NCBI GenBank assembly: GCA_963667035.1 | Contig: OY762964.1 | Span: 2,976,001-3,040,000, forward strand | Direction: 5' to 3' | DNA length: 64,000 nt | Source of the DNA: Candidatus Cloacimonadales bacterium | Lineage (GTDB): Bacteria > Cloacimonadota > Cloacimonadia > Cloacimonadales > JAFGVF01 | In this document: positions 9,295 to 18,823 of the stretch, piece after piece | How the letters are laid out: every line of letters begins with the position of its first letter | Numbering within the stretch: position 1 is the first letter of the stretch | Position numbers and translations under genes: made by a program | The notes under the pieces: generated by a model | Seen by the model: only the letters and a program-made list of their open reading frames with translations | What the model was told of the DNA's origin: nothing | Databases searched by the model: none

Positions 9295-9954
9295 TTATTT
9301 CTTATCTTCTTCGATACCGGCACCATGCTTAATAAGCATACCGGATGAAGCATAGATAGTGTCTTCTGCAATATTTGTAGTTAAATCGGCAATTCTCTCG
9401 AAAGCTCTTGATATTCTAACAACATGAAACAGTTCACTTAAGTTGTATGAGGAATAATCAAGCTTTAACAAGTCATTAATGATTTTACGATTCAGATAAT
9501 CCACAACTTCGTCATCTTCACATACTTGATTAGCGAGTTTAGGATTCATTTCAGAGATAGCAGATATTGCATTATCAAGCATCTTCTTTGTCTCTCGACC
9601 TATTTTTTCTAAGTCGTTAATCTGAGCAAAAATTGGTTTATGCATTATCTTGTTAGTACTACTTGATATATTCTCGGCAAGATCTGCGAGTCTCTCAAGA
9701 TTAACGTTAGCTTTCATTATTGCCACTATTGTTCTAAGCTGAATAGCCTCAGGCTGATTCAAAGCAATAGTGTAAATGCATTCTTCTTCCAGTTTGTTTT
9801 CAAGCTCATTTACTTTCTCTTCATAAGAGCGTATTTCTTGCGAGTTATCTATCTTATCATTAATTGTAACAAGACATAACTCAATCATTTTTGATACATA
9901 ACTGGCTTGCTCCATGAGCATCTTCATCAGGTTTTCAAGTCTACCTTTTATCAT
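9295..9954 (-). CDS. phoU: Phosphate signalling complex protein PhoU
   Basis: QPEAIQLR, LERLADLAENI, FERIADLTTNIAE; start revised to ATG 9954 after GAGGAGG. Confidence 0.93.
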   Translation of the reverse strand: MIKGRLENLMKMLMEQASYVSKMIELCLVTINDKIDNSQEIRSYEEKVNELENKLEEECIYTIALNQPEAIQLRTIVAIMKANVNLERLADLAENISSSTNKIMHKPIFAQINDLEKIGRETKKMLDNAISAISEMNPKLANQVCEDDEVVDYLNRKIINDLLKLDYSSYNLSELFHVVRISRAFERIADLTTNIAEDTIYASSGMLIKHGAGIEEDKK

Positions 9955-9964
9955 TATCCCTCCT

Positions 9965-10723
9965 CTAACCGAACACGCCGGTAAGATAAGCTTCTGTTTG
10001 AGAATTCTCAGGTTTAGTAAACACTTTCTTAGTCTCTCCGAATTCAATAAGGTCACCAAGATACATGAAAGCGGTATAATCGGATATACGTCCTGCTTGT
10101 GCAATGTTATGTGTCACTATCAGGATAGTAACCTTATCCTTTAGAGCTAAACACAACTCTTCAATCTTAGCTGTTGACTGAGGATCAAGAGCCGAAGTCG
10201 GCTCATCCAACAATAAAACCTCAGGGTCATTGGCAAGAGCTCTTGCTATGCATAAACGTTGTTGCTGACCACCTGATAGATTCATAGCTGAATCATGAAT
10301 TCGATCCTTTACTTCATCCCATATCCATGCACCTTTAAGACTCTCTTCAACTTTAGCATCTATCTGCTGCTTACTCATACCACCACGTATATTAAGTCCG
10401 TAAGCAATGTTTTTATATATTGATTTAGGAAATGGATTAGGTCTTTGGAAAACCATACCCACTCTTTCTCTTATCTTAGTTACATCATGCTTGGAATCAT
10501 ATATATTCATCTCATCAAGCATAATATCGCCCTTTATTTTACAACTTGCTACCATATCGTGCATTCTGTTAAAACTTCTCAGTAAAGTAGATTTACCACA
10601 TCCTGAAGGTCCTATTAGAGCTGTAATTTTATTCTTATAAACCGGCATGTTTATGCCTTTAAGTACGTGTTTATCTCCAAACCAAAGATTTAGGTCTTTT
10701 GTCTTTACTTGTGCTTTTACCAT
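9965..10723 (-). CDS. pstB: Phosphate ABC transporter ATP-binding protein
   Basis: [44 protein letters not shown]. Confidence 0.96.
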   Translation of the reverse strand: MVKAQVKTKDLNLWFGDKHVLKGINMPVYKNKITALIGPSGCGKSTLLRSFNRMHDMVASCKIKGDIMLDEMNIYDSKHDVTKIRERVGMVFQRPNPFPKSIYKNIAYGLNIRGGMSKQQIDAKVEESLKGAWIWDEVKDRIHDSAMNLSGGQQQRLCIARALANDPEVLLLDEPTSALDPQSTAKIEELCLALKDKVTILIVTHNIAQAGRISDYTAFMYLGDLIEFGETKKVFTKPENSQTEAYLTGVFG

Positions 10724-11571
10724 CTTCTATTTTTCCTTATTCGATATCTGATTATGATTGCTGTAAAACTGATTAATAACACTAAAAGAAGGAGTACAAC
10801 TGCTGTTCCATAAGCAATCGGAACTTGTTTATCTGCATGAGATCCTTCTGTCATGAGAGCATATATATGATATGGAAGAGCCATAACTTCATCAAAGACT
10901 GAGCTGGGAAGTCTACGTGTATAGAATGTTGCAGCGGTGAATAATATCGGTGCAGTTTCACCTGCTACACGACCAATACTGATGATAGTACCGGTTAAAA
11001 TATTGGGAAGGGCGGCAGGTAAAATAACTCTGGTAATCGTCTGTCTTTGTGTTGCTCCCAGAGCTAATGAAGCTTCCCAGAAATCTATTGGTAATTGACG
11101 GATAGCTTCTTCACTTGTATTGATTATAACAGGAAGAGCTAAAATACCGAGAGTTAAAGCTCCCGATAATATACAAACATCCAGTTGGAATAGGTTAACA
11201 AATAATGTCATACCAAAGAGACCATAAATAATTGAAGGAACTCCGGCAAGAGTGTTAACAGCAACTCTAACGACTCTTACAAGTTTACTTTTTGCCGCAT
11301 AACTTGTCATAAAGATAGCTGTTAATATACCTAGAGGTAAAGCAAAGGCTATTGATAATACTGTTAGCCAAAAAGTACCTAAAATAGCTGGATAAATACC
11401 ACCCTCTGTCATGTATTTTCTTGGAGACTGAGTCAGGAATTCCCAAGAAAGCATGTGACCTCCCTTAGAAAAGATCATATACATAAACATGATTAGGAAA
11501 AGACCTGTAACAACTATACTCAAAAAGAGACTGAAGTTTCCAAAGAAAGCATTTATTTTACGCTTATTCAT
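10717..11571 (-). CDS. pstA: Phosphate ABC transporter permease PstA
   Basis: [31 protein letters not shown]. Confidence 0.94.
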   Translation of the reverse strand: MNKRKINAFFGNFSLFLSIVVTGLFLIMFMYMIFSKGGHMLSWEFLTQSPRKYMTEGGIYPAILGTFWLTVLSIAFALPLGILTAIFMTSYAAKSKLVRVVRVAVNTLAGVPSIIYGLFGMTLFVNLFQLDVCILSGALTLGILALPVIINTSEEAIRQLPIDFWEASLALGATQRQTITRVILPAALPNILTGTIISIGRVAGETAPILFTAATFYTRRLPSSVFDEVMALPYHIYALMTEGSHADKQVPIAYGTAVVLLLLVLLISFTAIIIRYRIRKNRRW

Positions 11572-12443
11572 TATCTATCTCCTCTCTTTTTGAGAATGAA
11601 AACTTCGGTTAGTAAGTTAGTTGCAAAAGTTATAACAAAAAGAACAATACCAATTGCATAAAGAGAATAGTAATGATTACTACCTAATACACACTCTCCC
11701 ATTTCTCCGGCTATTGTAGCGGTCATTGTTCTTGTAGGACTAAATATGCTTTGGGGAATCATTGGAGCCCCACCCGCAACCATTAGAACAACCATAGTTT
11801 CTCCAATAGCTCTACCGAAACCAAGTATTATTGAGCCTATAATACCTGATTTAGCTGCAGGAACAATCACTTTAACTATTGTTTCCCACTTGTTTGCTCC
11901 CAGAGCAAAGGACGCTTCTCTTAATGAAATAGAGACATTGGTGATTGCGTCTTCAGACATACTGGAGATAATCGGTACACACATAATACCTAAAATTATT
12001 GAAGCGGAGAATATATTAAGTCCCGTATCTATGTGAAAAAGTTTAGTTATAAAAGGAGCAAGAAATGCCATTCCAAATAAACCGTAAATAACTGATGGTA
12101 TACCTGCAAGAAGTTCAATCACAGGTTTTAGGACTTCTTTCAATTTGGGAGGGGCTATTTCTGCAATAAATATTGCACTGCCTAAACCTAACGGGATAGC
12201 AATGATAAGAGCACCGATTGTTGTAACAAACGAACCTACAATCAGAGTCAGTATTCCATAATCTGCCGGTTCGGATGTTGGATGCCAAGCAAGTCCTCCT
12301 AAGAATGTGAAGAAGTTGTATGTTTTAAAAAGCGGAACTCCTTCAAAGAAGATACTCAGGATTATGGCAAATAAGAAAACAATAGAAAAAAGGGCAGCCA
12401 CATAAGTTACACCTTTAAAAAACTTCTCTCGAAAATCATTCAT
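11571..12443 (-). CDS. pstC: Phosphate ABC transporter permease PstC
   Basis: ELLAGIPSVIYG, GRAIGETM; start likely ATG 12443 (MNDFREK), downstream of the intercistronic hairpin. Confidence 0.93.
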   Translation of the reverse strand: MNDFREKFFKGVTYVAALFSIVFLFAIILSIFFEGVPLFKTYNFFTFLGGLAWHPTSEPADYGILTLIVGSFVTTIGALIIAIPLGLGSAIFIAEIAPPKLKEVLKPVIELLAGIPSVIYGLFGMAFLAPFITKLFHIDTGLNIFSASIILGIMCVPIISSMSEDAITNVSISLREASFALGANKWETIVKVIVPAAKSGIIGSIILGFGRAIGETMVVLMVAGGAPMIPQSIFSPTRTMTATIAGEMGECVLGSNHYYSLYAIGIVLFVITFATNLLTEVFILKKRGDR

Positions 12444-12473
12444 TTCAGGTTCCTGTATTCTTAAGAAAATCAA

Positions 12474-12500
12474 GGGCATATTCAACGGGTGAATATGCCC
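12474..12500 (-). other. Intercistronic hairpin between pstS and pstC
   Basis: GGGCATATTCA-ACGGG-TGAATATGCCC, perfect 11-bp stem. Confidence 0.7.
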
Positions 12501-12526
12501 CCTATTTTATTGTTTACCATTCCAGA

Positions 12527-13354
12527 TTAAAGAGCTATGAAACCTTGCTCTTCAACGATTCTTTGACCTTCAGCAGAAAGGATGTAATCGATAAATTTCT
12601 TTGTCCAACCTTTAGGGTTTCCGTTTGTGTACATATAAAGTTTTCTTGCGATTGGGTATGTTCCACCTTTAATTGTACCTTCAGTAGGCATAACACCATT
12701 AACTTTTACAGCACTGATTCTGTCTGTAAGGTAACCAAGACCTGCATAACCGATAGCACCAGGTGTGTCTGCTACTGTTGTCGCTACAGCATTATTAGAG
12801 GCAAGCATAAGAGCTCCGCTAATCTGCTTCTGACCTGCAAGAACTATTGTGTTGAAAACTTCAAATGTACCTGAAGCAACGTCACGACTGATAATTACGA
12901 TAGGTTTGTTTTCTCCACCAACTTCTGACCAGTTGATGATCTTACCTGTGTAAATATCACGAATCTGTTCAATTGTAAGAGCTTTTACAGGATTGTCTTT
13001 ATGAAGAACTATTGCAATACCATCATTGGCAACTGCGTGTTCTACAGGATTAACACCGTTTTCACGAGCTTGAACGATTTCCTTATTCTTAATATTTCTT
13101 GAAGCATCTCCGATATCAGCTGTTCCTGAAATAATCGAAGCGATACCAACACTAGAACCACCACCACGAACTGTTAAATTTACTTCAGGATACTTATCCA
13201 TGAATGTTTCAGCTCCGGCTTGTGCAATAGGGAGTACAGTTGTTGAACCGGCTATTCTTACTGAATTACCTTTTTTTCTGCGAGCAAAAGCAGGTGATAC
13301 TACAAGGGTAAGGATTACACATACCAAGAGAACTTTTACTAAGTTTTTATTCAT
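12527..13354 (-). CDS. pstS: Phosphate ABC transporter substrate-binding protein
   Basis: Signal peptide; GSTTVLP, GGGSSVGI, SRDVASGT, YPIARKLY. Confidence 0.93.
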   Translation of the reverse strand: MNKNLVKVLLVCVILTLVVSPAFARRKKGNSVRIAGSTTVLPIAQAGAETFMDKYPEVNLTVRGGGSSVGIASIISGTADIGDASRNIKNKEIVQARENGVNPVEHAVANDGIAIVLHKDNPVKALTIEQIRDIYTGKIINWSEVGGENKPIVIISRDVASGTFEVFNTIVLAGQKQISGALMLASNNAVATTVADTPGAIGYAGLGYLTDRISAVKVNGVMPTEGTIKGGTYPIARKLYMYTNGNPKGWTKKFIDYILSAEGQRIVEEQGFIAL

Positions 13355-13371
13355 TTTTCCTCCGAAGGGAT

Positions 13372-14418
13372 TTACTTAAGTTTATGTGAGAAGATGTAAC
13401 GAAGCTGAACCATCATTGTGTTCACGTCATCTTTAGTATCATCTTCAAATGACTTGATATTGTAGTTAGCTTGAACCATAACTACAGGAGCAGCTTTAGA
13501 ATCTCTTAAAAGATTCCAGTTGAAACCGAACATCATTGTGCTCTCACCATCATCATCTTGATCAGTGTTTGGATCATATTCGTCATAACGTCCAACAAGA
13601 TCCAAATCTAGAGGAAGATATGAAGCAAGTTTAACTACAGGCATAATTGAAAGCACGGTCACATCTTTATCATCTTTCCCGTCTTCTTCATAAGAAGTTG
13701 TCTCCATAAGATACTGAGCATCTACTGATATATGACCATAAGCGACTTTACCTACAACAGCTATTTTAGAGTAATCTTCTCTATCATCTGTATCTTTTTC
13801 ATTCTTACTATCCATCATATATGAACCACCAACCATGATTCCCGAGAATGGAGTTAAACGTAAGTCACCAACAAATGCCATTGATGTGTTTGTATCATCA
13901 GATGTACCTTTCTTGTAGCCTTCACCATTATAGAGACCTACGTGATAGGTACCATAACCTGAAGGAAGGTAGCCACCATAAACGATACCATAGTCAGCAG
14001 ATGAACAGAATTTGTACTTATCTGAAGGATCTTTATCGATCATAGTATATTCATAAGAATAGATTGTACCGAAATATGTTTTTGCTAAACCAACAGTAAG
14101 TTTACTGTCTTTAAGCATCCAGGGGTAAGCAAAATCAAGATAAGCGTATTTGATTTTAAGACCGGCACCGTCAGTGAAATCTTCTGTGCTTCCCGAGAAG
14201 AAGTCAACATTGAAACGTCCACTGATATTGCTGTTAAATTTAGGCTCTAAGCGGAAATAACCTCTTGAGAGACCAAAATAGTTCTTTGTAGTTTCCCCAT
14301 CAACAGACTCATTAGTCCAACGATTCCATAATTCCATTTTTAATTTTGTTTCTTCCATTGCGGACAATGTTGTCGCTAATACTGCGATCATTAATAAAAA
14401 GAAGATAGCTTTTTTCAT
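13372..14418 (-). CDS. Outer-membrane beta-barrel, putative phosphate-selective porin
   Basis: Signal peptide, IKYAYLD, YNGEGY, alternating amphipathic strands, aromatic C-terminal strand; first gene of the pst operon. Confidence 0.7.
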   Translation of the reverse strand: MKKAIFFLLMIAVLATTLSAMEETKLKMELWNRWTNESVDGETTKNYFGLSRGYFRLEPKFNSNISGRFNVDFFSGSTEDFTDGAGLKIKYAYLDFAYPWMLKDSKLTVGLAKTYFGTIYSYEYTMIDKDPSDKYKFCSSADYGIVYGGYLPSGYGTYHVGLYNGEGYKKGTSDDTNTSMAFVGDLRLTPFSGIMVGGSYMMDSKNEKDTDDREDYSKIAVVGKVAYGHISVDAQYLMETTSYEEDGKDDKDVTVLSIMPVVKLASYLPLDLDLVGRYDEYDPNTDQDDDGESTMMFGFNWNLLRDSKAAPVVMVQANYNIKSFEDDTKDDVNTMMVQLRYIFSHKLK

Positions 14419-14480
14419 TTTAGCTCCTTTAGATTTTTAGGTTGATACCTTCTATCTTTTGCCCTTAAATACCGTTGGAT

Positions 14481-14519
14481 TGTTAAACAATTATTAAGCT
14501 AATGTGAATTCCCTGTTAA
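14481..14519 (-). promoter_or_regulatory. PHO-box array (4 direct repeats, 11-bp period)
   Basis: Plus-strand hexamers TGTTAA/TATTAA/TGTGAA/TGTTAA at 14481, 14492, 14503, 14514, i.e. TT(A/C)A(C/T)A-N5 repeats on the minus strand, ~60 bp upstream of the porin-pst operon. Confidence 0.75.
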
Positions 14520-14804
14520 TTGCCCTTATTTTATCCTAAAATGGTATATAAATTAATAAATCGTTACAGCATTGTTATATCATAATATCCTTACAGTAGT
14601 ATAACTTGTGCATCCATAGTTTAGAGAAATACCACGATATTGTCTCTTAACTGAACTAATTATCTATTACTTCACATAGAACTACTAAGTTTCTATTATA
14701 ATTCCGAATACTTTTTTGAAACTCAATTTATACTTAACAGTAATATTATTTGCCAAAATGTTATCCGGTTTTCTTAATGGTGTCTGATACTCATGGGAGG
14801 AGAA

Positions 14805-16118
14805 ATGAAAAGATTATATATAATTCCGATTTTTCTTTTACTGATTATAAATTTATTCTCGGAACCTAAAAATGTTATTTTATGTATTGGTGACGGGATG
14901 GGGTTTAATCATGTTAAGATATCCAATTATTATGATTACGGAGAAGACAATAAACAAATCTATCAACAGTTCCCCATTAAACTGGCAATGAGCACCTGGT
15001 CTGCTACTAATGGAAGTTATAGCACCGAAAAGGCTTGGGAAAGCTATGAATATCTCATGTCCGGTTTCACCGATTCATCAGCTTCAATTACAGCGATTAC
15101 TACAGGAATAAAAACGGATAATACTAAGTTAAACTTTGACCCGCAAGGAAAAGCTATAAGACCTATTGGAGATTATGTTGTCGATACCGGTAGAAGTCTT
15201 GGAGTAGTAACAACAGTACCTTTTTCTCATGCAACTCCTGCCGGAGTAATAACTAGTATGGAATATAGGAAAGACTATTACCAAATAGCTCACAATATGG
15301 TTTTGAATTCCAAAGCATCTGTAATCATGAGCGGAGGAAGTCCGGAGTATAGAGAAGATAAAAGTAGTAAATACATTGGACCAGCAAGTTTTTGGAAATG
15401 GTTAAAAACCGGTAACACCACCTTTGAGAATATAAGTGTACAAGACATTGATAATGACCAACAACCTGATGCGTGGACATTTATCACTAATAGAGACGAT
15501 TTTATTAAGTATGGAACAGGAAATACTCCAAAACGACTTATTGGAGTGAACACTTCAGCGAAAAATGGGCAACAAACACGTTTGGGAGACACTAAAGCTA
15601 ATCCTTATGAAGTACCTTTTGATGAAACGATAGCATCATTAAAAGAGATGACAAAAGCTGCTCTCAATGTCCTCGATAACAACGAGACCGGATTCTTTCT
15701 TATGGTAGAAGGTGGGGCAATTGATTATTCGGGTCATTATAACCAACCGGGACGTCTTGTTGAAGAAATGAATGGCTTTAATGAGACAATAGAGGAAGTT
15801 TGCAATTGGGTAGAACAAAATAGTAGTTGGGATGAAACATTGGTCATCGTTACTGCCGACCATGAATGCGGATGTGTTTGGGGACCACCGTCAAAAAATA
15901 AGTCTGAATTTAATGAAATTGTTAATAATGGGAAAGATAAACTACCCGGTTTTGTATTCAACAGCAGTGATCATACAAACTCATTAGTACCTTTTTACGC
16001 TAAAGGGAACGAGGCTGATTTGTTCACTAAAATGATAAAAGGAAATGATAAAGTCAAAGGTGAATATATAGATAACACCGATATCGGTAAAACCTTGAGA
16101 ATATTCTTTAGTAATTAG
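14805..16118 (+). CDS. phoA: Alkaline phosphatase (PhoA-type)
   Basis: IGDGMG, TDSSAS (nucleophile Ser), HATPA, FFLMVEGGAIDYSGH, VTADH; start ATG 14805 after GGAGGAG; signal peptide. Confidence 0.9.
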   Translation: MKRLYIIPIFLLLIINLFSEPKNVILCIGDGMGFNHVKISNYYDYGEDNKQIYQQFPIKLAMSTWSATNGSYSTEKAWESYEYLMSGFTDSSASITAITTGIKTDNTKLNFDPQGKAIRPIGDYVVDTGRSLGVVTTVPFSHATPAGVITSMEYRKDYYQIAHNMVLNSKASVIMSGGSPEYREDKSSKYIGPASFWKWLKTGNTTFENISVQDIDNDQQPDAWTFITNRDDFIKYGTGNTPKRLIGVNTSAKNGQQTRLGDTKANPYEVPFDETIASLKEMTKAALNVLDNNETGFFLMVEGGAIDYSGHYNQPGRLVEEMNGFNETIEEVCNWVEQNSSWDETLVIVTADHECGCVWGPPSKNKSEFNEIVNNGKDKLPGFVFNSSDHTNSLVPFYAKGNEADLFTKMIKGNDKVKGEYIDNTDIGKTLRIFFSN

Positions 16119-16334
16119 TTTTGTAAAATGGTAAGAATGACTTAGTTTGTGATAAATTCATTGTAATTATGACAGTGACTATAATAAAATTCATTAATCT
16201 AAATCATTACATACAAAAAACTTCTTGCCATAATTCACGAACTCGGAAATTTTGCTAAACAGTAAATTTCTTGCAGAATTCCCTGCGAATAATTGACGAA
16301 ATAAATAAGATAAGTATAAACATAAGAGGATATT

Positions 16335-16895
16335 ATGGCTTCAACTTCCGATATCAGAAACGGAATGATAATTGAGTTTAATAACGGTCTCTTTGAGATT
16401 GTTGAATTCTTGCATGTAAAACCGGGAAAAGGTGCTGCTTTTGTCAGAACCAAGCTTAAAAACTGTAAAACCGGTCAGGTAATAGATAACACTTTCAGAA
16501 CAAGTGAAAAACTTACTGAGATTAGAATTGAGAAATCAATAAAACAATATTTATACAAAGATACTGATTTCTTTTACTTCATGGACACTGATACATACGA
16601 ACAGATGAGTATCCCTAATGATGCTATAGGGGAACTTGATAAGTTTCTTATGGAAGGTATGGAAGTAAAGGTTAGAATGACTCCGACATATGAGATAATA
16701 GGTATTGAATTACCCATCTCTGTGATTCAGGAGATTACTGAAGCAGAACCTAATGTGAAAGGCAATACAGCTTCCGGAAGTGGAAAAGTAGCTTTCACAG
16801 AAACAGGACTGAGAATCATAGTTCCTTTCTTTGTTGAAGTTGGAACTAAGATTAAAATCGATACTCGCACTGGCGAGTATATGGAACGTGCATAA
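16335..16895 (+). CDS. efp: Translation elongation factor P
   Basis: HVKPGKGAAFVRTKLKN, VPFFVEVG.KIKIDTRTGEYMER. Confidence 0.97.
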   Translation: MASTSDIRNGMIIEFNNGLFEIVEFLHVKPGKGAAFVRTKLKNCKTGQVIDNTFRTSEKLTEIRIEKSIKQYLYKDTDFFYFMDTDTYEQMSIPNDAIGELDKFLMEGMEVKVRMTPTYEIIGIELPISVIQEITEAEPNVKGNTASGSGKVAFTETGLRIIVPFFVEVGTKIKIDTRTGEYMERA

Positions 16896-16914
16896 AAGAC
16901 CCTAGGAGGATAAA

Positions 16915-17121
16915 ATGGCTAAAGGTAAAGCATTTGCTGCGAAGCTTGCTCATGAATTGAGTACAGAAGGTAAAGTATTCTGTCCGGTATGCAATACTGA
17001 GATAAAAAGAATCAAATTAATCACAGCTAATAAATCAAAAGCTAGTACCTGGGCTCCAAAATATCGTTTTGAAAAAGTTTGCAAATGCAACGAAAAAGAT
17101 ATTATGGCAGGTAAATACTAA
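16915..17121 (+). CDS. Small basic protein with CPVC...CKC; possible Zn-binding bL38/DUF4295 relative
   Basis: Strong RBS (AGGAGG), 19 bp after efp, Lys-rich, four Cys, shared terminator; product assignment tentative. Confidence 0.7.
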   Translation: MAKGKAFAAKLAHELSTEGKVFCPVCNTEIKRIKLITANKSKASTWAPKYRFEKVCKCNEKDIMAGKY

Positions 17122-17143
17122 ACTTTATCCGGTTTAACATATT

Positions 17144-17176
17144 AAAGAGACTGCAAGTATTGCTGTCTCTTTTTTT
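17144..17176 (+). terminator. Terminator of the efp operon
   Basis: AAAGAGAC.GCAA-GTA-TTGC.GTCTCTTT followed by a T-run. Confidence 0.75.
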
Positions 17177-17792
17177 ATATGTAATGTCAGTTACCCAAAC
17201 TTGGTCTTTTTGGAGGATGCTAATTTCCGGTAAAAGATTAGGATATATCTTCAATTTATGCTTCCAATTGGTTGTTACTACATAACGCTTTGGAGGTCTT
17301 AACAACAGGTTATTCATACGTAACAACTCTATTAGTTTATCCCTACCTATCTTTAGGTTAGGATCATTTTTTTTTCAAGCATTTTTATTATCATTCGATA
17401 GCCTGTTGTCTCCTGTTCTCGTCGGAACTCTTCAACAAGTCTCACTATCTCACGGTCTCTCGCAGCATCTCGTTCGAGTATTTTCTTATGCTTATTATAG
17501 CCTTGTCTTGTATAGCCGTACATTTTACAAATACGCCCTAATCCTCTGTATTTAAGTCCGCATTCAACAGCTCTTTCTTGAATTTCTCCTGCACTATCGA
17601 ACCAAGCTTTTTTTTTAAATCCATACCTAGCTTCTTACCTGAGACCTCGATCAATGTCTCAAGTGCTAACTCTTTCATCAAGTGCACGCTGAAAGCGTCT
17701 ATTTTCCATGCGTAAGCGAATCAATTCTGTTTGTTCATCTTTACTTATCATTTCTTCTGTTCTGTTTTGGGTAACCTATTCAGGACAGTACA
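17170..17792 (-). mobile_element. Degraded IS3-family element (orfA/orfB fragments)
   Basis: QVWVTDITY integrase motif; orfA tail ALETLIEVSGKKLGMDLKKKLGS with A9G slippery run (17607-17616); terminal TGTACTGTCCTGAATAGGTTAC end starting at 17792; truncated and frameshifted. Confidence 0.8.
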
Positions 17793-17819
17793 AACCTGTT
17801 AGTGCACACATTCGGCACG

Positions 17820-17942
17820 ATATAACAATTCGCATTTTTCCCACTGCTCTCGCACTGTGAAAGCACTGTCAACCCGGTGATTCAGTGGGTGTACAGTGCT
17901 TGGGTACTGCCTTCACAGTGGGAACACACTGCGTTGTTAAAT
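17820..17942 (-). repeat. Integron attC-like imperfect palindrome
   Basis: Minus strand begins ATTTAAC (RYYYAAC) and ends GTTATAT; arms TAACAA..CGCA..TTCCCACTG / CAGTGGGAA..TGCG.TTGTTA, plus inner stems; 123 bp. Confidence 0.5.
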
Positions 17943-18109
17943 CGGGAATAATTAGAGCCCAAAAATAGCATAAAAGTCTGAAACTCCGCATAAAACGCAC
18001 TGTGGATTCTCGTAGTGAGAGCTTCCTTGCTTGCTCACAGCTCGAAGAGCTATACAAATAGCAGAATAAATCCAGATGTTTTTAGAAATGCAACCATGTT
18101 TATTGCAGC

Positions 18110-18730
18110 TCAAGCGTGTAACTCATTAAAAAAGGCTCTGTGCATCCTTTCATGCCTTCCATTCTGTTGAGGTTTTCCTTTATCTATGCGCTCAGGAGTG
18201 ATGCTAAGTTTAATAATGTGAATAGAGAGCTTTGATAAACCAGTTATACCAGCACTACAAAATGGGGCTCCATTATCTGATCTAATGGTTTCTGGTAAGC
18301 CATACTCATGGAATGTCCAGTCTAATGCTTTCTTCATATTTTGGGACTAACAAGCCTTTGCAACAGAGTAAGAATCGGCTATAGTTATCGAAAATAGTTA
18401 AGGGATAGCAGTACCTATTGTCTTTAGTTTTAACCTGTCCTTTATAGTCAATACTCCAAACTTTATTCGAATCAGTACACTTCTTAAATGGTTGAGTGTA
18501 AGGTGGTACCACTGTTTTTCTTCTTCTTGTTTTAACTAACCCCTGTTTCTTAACCAGTCGCCTGCTGTACTATAAGCTGACCATGCTATATCCGAATGCC
18601 TATTTCTTAATGCTTGTATTATCTTTTTAGACCCCCAACTTAGATGCTTGTGTTTCATCACAATAATCATGTTTACCACATCTATATTTATTTGATTTGG
18701 ATGATTATGTGGAGCTCTACTAAGTTCATT
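18110..18730 (-). mobile_element. Degraded IS481-family transposase
   Basis: Fragments VWSIDYKG..RYCYPLTIFDNYSRFLL and YGLPETIRSDNGAPF..GKPQQNGRHERMHR in different frames. Confidence 0.85.
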
Positions 18731-18823
18731 TTGCTATGATTCCTATCTTAATCTCTTTGAATTAAAAATCAGTGGATACATTTTTATTGACAGAAATTCT
18801 ATTTATCTGATGAAAATGAAATT

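Noticed and set aside
17869..18057. 62-aa ORF between the IS relics
   Set aside because: It runs across the attC-like palindrome, with no RBS or protein-like motif
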